In this document: in pieces, positions 50,488 to 60,543 of the stretch
Numbering within the stretch: the stretch's first letter is position 1
How the letters are laid out: every line of letters starts with the position of its first letter
Assembly: GCA_002104945.1 (NCBI GenBank)
Contig: MCFH01000030.1
Location: 124,001 to 188,000, forward strand
Reading direction: 5' to 3'
DNA: 64,000 bases
Source of the DNA: Piromyces finnis finn
Taxonomy: Eukaryota > Fungi > Neocallimastigomycota
Made by a program: the position numbers and the translations under genes
The notes under the pieces: generated by a model
Databases searched by the model: none
Told to the model about the DNA's origin: nothing
The model's input: only the letters and a program-made list of their open reading frames with translations

Positions 50488-50642
50488 GACAACACATGGT
50501 TTATCTCTTTGATTTTACGTCCTTATGACAACACATATGGATAACTCTTTTTGGTTTTACGTTCTCTTAACAACCTATGGTTAATCTTCTTGGTTTTACG
50601 TTCTTCGGACAACCTATGGATAACTCTGGTTTTATGTCCTTA
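50488..50642. repeat. Imperfect 39-42-bp tandem repeat x4 in the element's 3' internal region
   Basis: Units (G/A)ACAAC..ATGG.TAA.CT..T.GGTTTTACGT.CT start at about 50488, 50527, 50569 and 50608. Confidence 0.8.
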
Positions 50643-52552
50643 TAATTACAATTTTCTTTAGAATATTAGCATAATTGTATTTCAATCTATTTGTAAATAC
50701 TAATTAATAATGGTAAAATTTTAATTAAATTCTTAATAGTTATTTAGTTTATGTATATTGAATTTTAACATTTTCTTTTAGGTGTTTTTCCTTCCTTTTA
50801 TGCCTTTTGTATTGATTAATTATTCTTATAATATTTAAGAATATTTTACTTTGTATTTGAAATTTTGTTCTTTTCATTTTTACATATTGAATCTTATAAA
50901 TTTTTACAATTTGAATTTCAATTCATTCTATTTATTAAGCCTTAGTTTCTATGCAATGTTTTAGTTATTTCCAATGTTTAACTAGAAACAAAAATTATTA
51001 TCTTGAATTTTAAATTTCGTATATTCACTACTTCCCCCTCAAATCTAGATGTTTAGTAATAAATACTTAGATTTGAAAAAGAGAAATTTAAATTTCATAA
51101 AATTTCATTCATTTTGCATCAAATTTTCATAATAATGAATAATTTTCCATAACATATACGATAAGTATTAATACCTATATAAATAATAAATAACATATTC
51201 TAATGTTTTCATTCATTTTTCTCAATTGCTTATCCTTTAAAATATAGTGAAATAATATTTTCATGATAATATATTTTAATGTAGTGATAATCATAGAATA
51301 TCAAACTAATGAATAAAATATTCCTCAATTATGTATTTCTTTACTTCAAATTAAAATAAGTAGATATACCAGTAAAATTATAACAAGTTAATATTGTAAG
51401 ATAATGACATTTAAAATATCGATTGTTGAAGAGAATAAAGTTCTTCTAAATTATATCGAAGTCGGCTCGGTTAATTAGAATGTCAGCTAATTGGTCGGCG
51501 ATCACTCACTACGTTGAAAGTGGCGATTTATATATGAGGTTACTAAATCACCGTAAATTATATTTTAAAACGGCGTCACAACATTCTTGAATGTTGGTAA
51601 TAAATAAATATGATGAATCAATGTCATCTAAATCTAAGGAGCCCTTACTATGAAGGTACTACATTGTTATTGATGGGACCAAATTAAATATATATAGGTC
51701 TAAAACCATCATTAATAATTATCTATGAATATAACTCATTTCACGCTAAGTTAAATCATGATAAGTTGTTAAAATATTATTGAATATACCCATTTCACGC
51801 TAGGTTATTCAAAGTATATATATATGTAGAATATGCTCATTTCACGCTAAGCATTTCTAACTTTAATAAATTACCTCATTTGAAATATTTGCTATGTATA
51901 TTAGCAATAACAGCCTACGGGATGAGCATTTGACCAGTAATATATTTGCTTTATAGGTAGCAATAATTTAAATAATGCTTTTGAGGCTAAATATTATCTT
52001 AAAGTATTGTTATAATGATTTAATTCAAAGAATAGTATACTGGATTAAATTATATAATACTGATTTGAGTGAAATTATCATAAAGAAATTGATTGACATT
52101 TTCACAAGGATAGTTTCAATGTTTATTGCATAATTTCATTACAATAGGGTATTTTATACAAACTTATCAAATAATGTTTAATTATTCTAATTCATGTTTC
52201 TAATTGTATAAATTTTATGTATTTTCTTTATGTTCTATCTTTCCTCTATGGCGGAAAGAATATTTTCTCATTAAAATAGTAGTAGTTAAAGTATTTGAAT
52301 ATTTCACAAACAATTTATTTACTTGAAATAAATATGTATGCTTTCAATAACAATAATGCTATTTTATGAATGTTAATAAAACTAGTTCTTTTGAAAATAA
52401 AATGAATGTTTGTGGAGATGTTAATTGTATGTTTATGAATATTTACATAATTGAATATATGGATTTTTAAATGATGATGAATGTAAATTGACATAGTGAG
52501 TAGATCAAAATCAAATTAATAAATTTAATAAATTGAGTAAATTAGGAGAATT

Positions 52553-53854
52553 CTAATATACAATGTTTATTTGCCAAAACATTACTAACGTTAAAATAAT
52601 AAATACATTTGCGAGAGAAATATATTTGAAGTTTACAGTTCCGTTTGAATCGTCATTATTATTTAATGAAGAATCATTTTCATCTTTATCATCTTCATCA
52701 ATGTAGTCGTATGTATCAATGTATTTGAATGTGTAAAAATTACATATTTCGCTTGATGCATCTACAGATCTTTTCCCAAAATTAAAATACTCTGAAGGTG
52801 AGTATCCATAAAAAAAAGTTACTTCGTCATAAAAATCATAAGTAATATCATATGTTTTACCATCTCCTGCGATAAAACTTGGAATATCTTCATCAAGAAT
52901 ATTATGTATTCCAGTTTTTATTCCATTCCAAAAATTTTTAAGAAAATTTTGATCTTTCTCCTTTTTGATGTGTTCAAAATCCCATGTGTCATATCCTGAA
53001 AAATGAATTTTAACAGTGTTCCATCCGGATTTTGGATAAAAAGCATAATCAATATTGACATAATAGCTTCCTAACGTTAAACACCAAAGTCCTCTACCTG
53101 AATTTTTTGCATTTCTTATTACAGTTTCATTTTTTATTTTTTCATCTGTGACTTTATCTTTAATTATTTTTTTTAGTTCTTTTTTCATATTTTTGTATTT
53201 CAAACTCTTTTTCATTTCTTCATTAATTAGAGTATTGCTTGCAGGTACTGTTTTTCCAGACTTTCCTCTATAATGGCCAATTGCCATAGCTAAATCAGAT
53301 ATATAATCATATGTAGATGGCCTAGAATTTTTATACGCTTCAATAAATTTTATTGTAACTTCAGCAATTGTGTATGATAGATCTAACATTGGCAGCATTT
53401 GACTAACTGTAACTTCAGGACAGTTATCATTTAAATTTAAATTTACATCATCAATATCTGTATTATTATTTAGATTTGTATTTGGAACACATAGTTGAAC
53501 AACATCATCTCCTGGGCATTGGTTTAAATATCTCGTGTAAGATTCTTCTGAACAGTTACCTTCATTTATATTTTTACATTTTCCTGTTGTTGGAAGAATT
53601 GTTCCATCTGTAAGTGTATCGACATCTTTTATACAGCATTTAATCTTTTCCGAGTCATGTTTACAAATTTTTGGATATGCTTTAGCATTGCCAGTTTGTT
53701 TACCATCTAATTTACATTTATCCTCATTAACGCAAACACCTGTTCCGACATTGGTTACATGACATTTTTGATTTTCAGCAGCAATTACCAATGGTAGAAT
53801 TAAAATTGTCGAAAAAATGTTTAAAAAATATATTACTTTGCTTCTTAATCTCAT
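52553..53854 (-). CDS. Intronless LTR-element cargo gene: signal peptide, two Cys-rich modules, putative colicin M-like domain, KR site, C-terminal TM/GPI anchor (433 aa)
   Basis: Clean 1,302-bp ORF. N-terminal hydrophobic stretch to ~aa 25; Cys modules at aa 31-123; motifs AIGHY(191-195), LTLG(259-262), YDTWDF(288-293), GKTYDI(332-337); hydrophobic C-terminus ISLANVFIILTLVMFW. The ORF itself is certain; the product name is inference. Confidence 0.85.
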   Translation of the reverse strand: MRLRSKVIYFLNIFSTILILPLVIAAENQKCHVTNVGTGVCVNEDKCKLDGKQTGNAKAYPKICKHDSEKIKCCIKDVDTLTDGTILPTTGKCKNINEGNCSEESYTRYLNQCPGDDVVQLCVPNTNLNNNTDIDDVNLNLNDNCPEVTVSQMLPMLDLSYTIAEVTIKFIEAYKNSRPSTYDYISDLAMAIGHYRGKSGKTVPASNTLINEEMKKSLKYKNMKKELKKIIKDKVTDEKIKNETVIRNAKNSGRGLWCLTLGSYYVNIDYAFYPKSGWNTVKIHFSGYDTWDFEHIKKEKDQNFLKNFWNGIKTGIHNILDEDIPSFIAGDGKTYDITYDFYDEVTFFYGYSPSEYFNFGKRSVDASSEICNFYTFKYIDTYDYIDEDDKDENDSSLNNNDDSNGTVNFKYISLANVFIILTLVMFWQINIVY

Positions 53855-54517
53855 TCTTTGGAGTATTTATAATATTAATATATTTGATGAAATTTAATAA
53901 CTCAATTGTAAATAATTATATAAAATAAATTTAGAGTTCACTAGTTAATTTATACTGTTTGTAGTGAATAAGGTAAACTGAGAATGAAATTCTATTATTT
54001 CTAATATAAACATATTGTTTAGTTTAAAATTTAAATTACTTTTAAAAATGGATAAATTTATTTATTTTAAATTTTAAATTTCAACTTAAATTTCTGAATT
54101 TCAATTGTTCTTAAATTTAAATTATAAATTTTAATTTTTAAATTTAAATGTTTGTTTATTCTTAAATTTAAGATCTAAATCTAAATTATTTTATTTAGTA
54201 TAAATTAATTTATGTCTAAAGTATAATATTATCAATGTTCCATGTTTCTTGGACGGAGTTTTCTTTCGCTATATAGTCAGTATTGTTAATTAGGCAATTT
54301 TGTGACTTAGTTTTTTTTTTTTTTTTTTTTTTTTTTTTCAAGATTTCAAAGTTTTAGATCTCTAAATTTCATAATTTTCAATTAAAACTTATATTGTAGG
54401 GATTAGGGTTTCCAATAGTTTTCTCCTATGACATAATGTGTCCGGCGGTTTGATTCATCTTTCAGAGAATCATCTGAGAGTCAATGAGAGTCATTGATAT
54501 TCTCTCATGAGAGTCAT

Positions 54518-54531
54518 TGAGACTCTTAATC
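54518..54531 (-). promoter_or_regulatory. Primer-binding site GATTAAGAGTCTCA, complementary to a tRNA-Lys(CUU) anticodon stem-loop
   Basis: Directly abuts the 5' LTR. The + strand reads TGAGACTCTTAATC, i.e. stem-CTCTTAA loop-stem as in eukaryotic tRNA-Lys(CUU) (recalled sequence; host tRNA not seen in this window). Confidence 0.65.
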
Positions 54532-54748
54532 TATTAAGAGTTGTTTAATTTAGGTTTATAATTATGTCAACTTTATTAATATATTTTATGATAAAGAACT
54601 ACTTGCGTTACATTCTTCTAAAACTACATGTATTTATACATTTACATTGTGGCTTAAACATATAATCAAATACAATATATACAAATACGTTTTAATACAT
54701 TTCAATACATTTGAATACATGTGACATAACGTTTTACATATTCTAACA
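54532..54748 (-). repeat. 5' LTR (217 bp)
   Basis: Same length as, and no differences seen from, 49900-50116. Flanked by the TSD on one side and the PBS on the other. Confidence 0.93.
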
Positions 54749-54852
54749 AAAATAATCTTTTTAAATTAAATATATATATATATATAATATTGATTATTGA
54801 TATTGATATAATATAAAAATCACTTTTAATAATTTCATTTTATATAAATATA

Positions 54853-57532
54853 TTACATTTTATGAATTGTTTCATATTTTGGAACATTTTTATATATATA
54901 TATGTCAAAAAATTTTGAGATATAAAGAAAATATAAAATTACAGATGTATTGATAATTGTACCAAGAGAACCGAATAAATCTTGAACTTCTAATGATATT
55001 TCGTCTTGAAGATTTATGAATTCAATAATTCCCATAGTTATAACATAAACATATACTGGGATATTTAAATGCTAATAAAATATTATAGAGAATGTAATAT
55101 AAATTATTAAAACATTTATTTATAAAAATATATAATTTTCTTTCTTTTTTCTTAAATATTAAATATTGACTTGTTTATATTACCTCTCTAAGTTCACTTT
55201 GAACTCGTCTAATAGAATACGATGTAAAAAATCCAATTAGTAGTATAGTATAATTTAATATAACACTATTATTTTTAGATATTATTTAAAAATATATTAT
55301 AATATTTCAAAATTAGTTTAAAAAGTTATATTATTAATTCATAATATTTTTATTAAAAGATATACCATAAAACACTTGTTTTTGAATAGAAACATTTTTG
55401 ATACACTTTCTTATCATTTGTATAAGCAGATCCAACTTTAATCCTACCAAGTAAAGACCATAATATAACAACAACAATATGAAATGATACTATAGAAATA
55501 ATAATAGCATACATGTTTCCTTTCTTAATACCAACATTCTGTTGTCTATTGATTTTGAATCTTTAATAAAATAAATTATAATTATTAATTTTTTTATCAT
55601 TATTTAGTACAAATTAAATTAATAAATTACATTCTATATATTCTCAAGGTTTTAACAAGAATAGAACCAAATACTAATGAAAATCCCTAATATTGAAATA
55701 TAAATATAATAATTATGTCAAAAATATTATATATATTTATACAGTATAATTTAGTATAATTTAATATTATATAATTATTTTGTAAGCTTACTATATTATT
55801 AAATAAGTAAATTAAATAGCATCTTGTAGTAGTTCTTTCTTTAGTTAGTAATAATATATATCCATATCTTATTATAGATCCTAATAAAATAATAATTAAA
55901 AAATCCACACCTCCTACATATATAGAAATCCAATATAAATTTCAATAAATGAAATTCATTCAAAAATATAAAAAAATATTTATGAATTTGTATTATACCT
56001 CCCATAATTTTTGGGTTTTTTCTATTAACAATTGTTAATATTATCAACACAATAGTTATTATAAATAAAACTACGGTTGTTGATAATATAATATTATCAA
56101 GATACTTTTTTCTATTAAGTTTATAGTTTTCATTGCAATATTTTCCAGTATATAATGTTTCAGTACAATCACATAAATTAATGTTAACACATCTCCCTTG
56201 GCCACATGATAGTTCACACTTGGGTTCATAGCTAAAGTTTTTGTAAAAAGAATTAAAATAATAATTTATAATAAAGAATATTTAAATTATTTACCATGAT
56301 TTAAGTTTATTGCTTTCAAACTTTTGATTAATGTAATTATTATTACACTCCATTATTTCTATTGGTATACCAATTGTGCTATTATCAAATTTACTAAATT
56401 GACCTATGTAATTATGTAAGTATTGATATATAAATATTTTATTATAATATTTCAATAATTAATACAATACTTAAGTTTACCAAAAGAATTAATTGATAAT
56501 TTTATAGTATAATTTCCGGGATTTCCTATTACTATTTAAATATTTTATTTTAGAATATTTTATAGTTTATATTATTAATATTAGAATAAAGTCTTAATAA
56601 AATAATATTTGATTTATTTCTGTATTTTAAACCTTTAATAGATGGGAATTTACAAGAATCACCCCAACAAAATGATTGTGTTTGACCTATTAATTCTACA
56701 TTATAACTATCATCAACCCATAAATTAAAAAACATAAATTCTTCATATTTCACTATAGAAATATCAGATTCAAATATAATCACTAAATATTTAACATATT
56801 AATAAAATATTAAACTATAATTAATATTTAAATTTTAAACTATATATTTCTTGAATTTTAAATATGAATAGATAATTATTTTAATAAATTACTTACAATT
56901 GTTATAGTCATCATATATATTACCTTGAATAGTAATAATCAAAATATATAATTATTAAATTTATAATGTGATAAAATTTGATAAAATATTAATATATAAT
57001 ATATACACATAATTCCATCTGGTAATTTTTCTCCCGAATACAGTGAAACATTCTTTACTGAATTTTCCCTAAATTTTATTTTTGTTGGATTTGTTGCAAA
57101 AAACCCTTTAATATCTTTTAAATTGTCAACATTTGTAATATTGGGTTCCGAATTGATATCAAGGCTATAAATACTATCACCAATTAAAGCTTTATTATTT
57201 TTAAATTCACAATTTTCAAGTGTAATATATTTATTCGTATTAGGACTTATTGAATATATTACGCCGCCATATTTTGAAGCTGTATTATTAAAAAATTTTG
57301 TGTTTTTTATTAAAAATTTACAATTTGACGATGTCCTGTAAATATCATCAATATATATTACAGAACCTTTCTCTGATTTAATATTAGAAAAATATGAGTC
57401 TTCAATAGTTACATTTAATGCATATCTGTTAGATTCACTTAAATAAAAAGTACCATTTTTAAAAGTACAATCATTTATCTTACTGTTATAAATTTTCAAA
57501 TTACTTTTATTAATTGACTTAAAGCCTATATC

Positions 57533-57616
<84 letters not shown>

Positions 57617-59129
57617 GTATTATGTATTATGTATTATGTATTATGTATTATGTATTATGTATTATAATTACCACCATAAACATTTTCAAAAACCGAATCC
57701 TTCACAACTATATCAGAATTTCCATCAAGGTAAAATATTTCAGCACCTTTTTGATACTTATTTGTAGTTTCTTTATTTTTACAATTATTATCAATATTGC
57801 ATCTATGTATATTTTTAGCCTTGAGTAAAGTTAATAGCTTATATAATATTATAGAAATATTAATATTTTTATTTATTTATTACTTCACAACCAATTATTA
57901 TTGCTTTAGCTGCAACCATTTTAAATATTGCTTATATTATATAATTATTAATAAAATATATATTAATGATATTAACATTAAAATAAGCAACGATGTTAAG
58001 AGTATACTGTTTTCAATAAATTCTTACGTCCTTGGGATATTATGTTATGAATTTTACATCTATTCAATGTAAATAATGCTTTATTCATTATATTTATAAA
58101 TATTTTAATTAATGATTTCTTAAGAATAAAATAAAAATTCTATAAAGATACCATTAGATATATCAGAGCTCGTATTATGCAAAATTAATTCAATTGAATT
58201 TTCAGAATAAAATGAATCAACTTCCAAATCAGCAATAACGGTTTGAGCTTTGTCAGATAAATATACTAATCTTTTTTTTAAAAAAAAATAAATTAATAAA
58301 TATATAAAGTAAAAAAGTAATATAACTCCATTAGCATAATTATAACTTACCTTGAATTTACCCCACCGGAATTTGTAACCTTAACTCTGATTTTAATAGA
58401 TAATACTCAGTTAACTTAGGTTATTATTTAATAAAATTAAAATAAAAATACACTACTTTTCAATAGTAGTTTTTACATTATCTTCAACCCATAAAAGTAC
58501 AGCTGATTCTCTTCCATGAATTTGACGTAGATTATTTAAAGTAATATTATAGGCATCAAAAACAACACCTCTTGATTCTAAAGTAAAAAAAAACAAACCG
58601 TCTACAGTATTTCCAATCATTTTATCAATTTTCATATTCCTATAATAAAAGAATTAATATATTGAAATTATTTAATAAAAATAATTATTTATTAAATTGA
58701 TATTTTATTTTATTACCTAATTGATAATTTTGAATAATGAGATAAAATAAATGCACATCCAGCATGTTCTGTATTTATTAGGTTTTCTGCATAATAATCT
58801 TCAATTGCAACATTTGCAAACTCTTCAAGACTTTTTATAATGGTATAATTAATAAAAAATTTAGTATTATATGAAAATAATAATTTTTATTATAATTCTA
58901 ATTTTTAAATAATACTTCATTATTAATCCTCCCTGTTTCATTCCCTTAATATTACCCGTATTGATTTGGCGAATATTTTTAAATTTAGCTTTTGGTTCTA
59001 TATCGTTATATATATCTTCAGATGTTCTCATAAATACAATACTTCCCTTTTAATATTTAATAAGATATTAAATTTTATATTTAATATTATTTCAAACTAT
59101 ATTGATATATTCTAATTATTATTATTCTA

Positions 59130-59186
<57 letters not shown>

Positions 59187-60196
59187 ATTATAATTATTAA
59201 ATAATATTTACAATATCAAGTGAAGTTGTATTAAAAAATTCAAGTTTATTTGCTTCAAAATCAAGAATATTATCAAGGAAAAATGCACCTCCTTTTTGAG
59301 TGCTAATGATGTCTTTAAATATGCAATCTCTAATATATATATGCGAATAGTATGCTCTTATTGCACCTCTAATTAGATATAATAAAAAATAATAATATTA
59401 TTATATATTGGAACATTTACAATTGAATTTTTATACAATAATGATTATCTATTTATTTAATCTATTTATTTTTCTTTTAGCTTTTAGTATTTTAACAATA
59501 TTTCTTTACAAATTACCCTCCTTCTATTTCCTCATTACTAAATCCTTTTTCAAAACGACTTTCATTTATAGTAATATTTATTCCATTTTTAATATTAATA
59601 AATGGGCAACTATTTTCACCATTAAAATAAGAATTTTGAATTGACATTTTATATTTATCTAAACCTTCATAATTAATTAATCTATTCTTACATGATATAC
59701 TTCCAAAAAACTCAGAATTCTCAATTTCAACGTTTCCTCCTAAATTTATACAATTATTACTTGGAAATGTGGAGGATTTATATTTAAAATCTTTAATTTT
59801 TAAATATTCATTGTTATTCTTAAAATCTGAATAAATATTTCCTATTAATGATACTGAGCTAATAGTAACTTTTATATTATTATCAAAATAAATGTTTCCT
59901 ATTATTGATAAATCTTTCAATATTACTTCCTTAACATTATCAGTAAAATGTAATTCTTTTGATATATCTTCAAATTTTAGTGAAGATATTTCTGATGATT
60001 TTCCAATAAACGATAGTTTTTTATATGGATTTTTTATAACAAGGCTATCATCAATATTAATTATTGAATCCAAGTTAATTTCTTTTTCATTTTCATTTTC
60101 ATTATTAGCTAGAATACTCCTTAAATCGTTTTCATTTTGTATTAAAATAGAGTTCACTAAATTTGTAATAAATAGTATTAAAATATAAAATTGCAT
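54853..60196 (-). CDS. Class C (7tm_3)-like GPCR with beta-helix and EGF ectodomain; copy 2 (tandem paralogue)
   Basis: MQFYILILFITNLVNS signal; exon series parallels copy 1 (EEIEGG|, FFNNTASKYGGVIY, CEPKCELSCGQGRCVNINLCDC, GVDFLIIILLG, GFSLVFGSILVKTLRIY); last exon ends at 54853. Confidence 0.8.
57534..57663. repeat. Compound intronic microsatellite: (ATT)n followed by (TATGTAT)n
   Basis: Directly visible, in an intron of receptor copy 2. Confidence 0.9.
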
Positions 60197-60543
60197 TATT
60201 ATACAAATATAAATAAACAATTAAAATAAAACAATTTATTTATTAATATGTATGATATTTAAATCCATTTTTGTAGAAAAAGGTAATTTATAATTATTAA
60301 AATTTGTTGTTTTTAATATTGTAATTCAAAAAATTTTAACTTAACCTTATGTATAAATACCTAAATTCTTCATATAGTTAAAAAAGAAAAATCTATATTA
60401 GTATAAATAATGGAAAAATCAAAATAAAATGAAGAAAAATTATAAAACCTAACCATATATTTATAAAAAATATCTTTAAACTTTATTTATTTATTTTTTT
60501 TTTATTATTATTTTTTTTTTAGTAAGCTAAAATATAAGATATA

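Larger units (their letters stand above)
49900..54748 (-). mobile_element. Non-autonomous copia-type LTR retroelement (4,849 bp) carrying a cargo gene
   Basis: Two 217-bp direct repeats; 5-bp TSD AAAAT at 49895-49899 and 54749-54753; PPT abutting one LTR and PBS abutting the other. There are no gag/pol ORFs; the only long internal ORF is 52553-53854. Confidence 0.92.

Noticed and set aside
51726-51851. Possible CRISPR array (repeat-spacer layout)
   Set aside because: Only three short imperfect repeats, eukaryotic context, no cas genes. Kept only as a motif cluster.
50128-52550. Residual gag/pol or RNase H coding sequence in the element
   Set aside because: No ORF of 60 aa or more, and I could not see copia RT/RNase H/integrase motifs (e.g. 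ADxFTK, YVDD) in the segments I translated; a TBLASTN would be needed to exclude very decayed remnants.
54518-54531. tRNA-Lys gene
   Set aside because: Only the anticodon arm matches; there are no acceptor, D or T arms. It is a PBS, not a tRNA.
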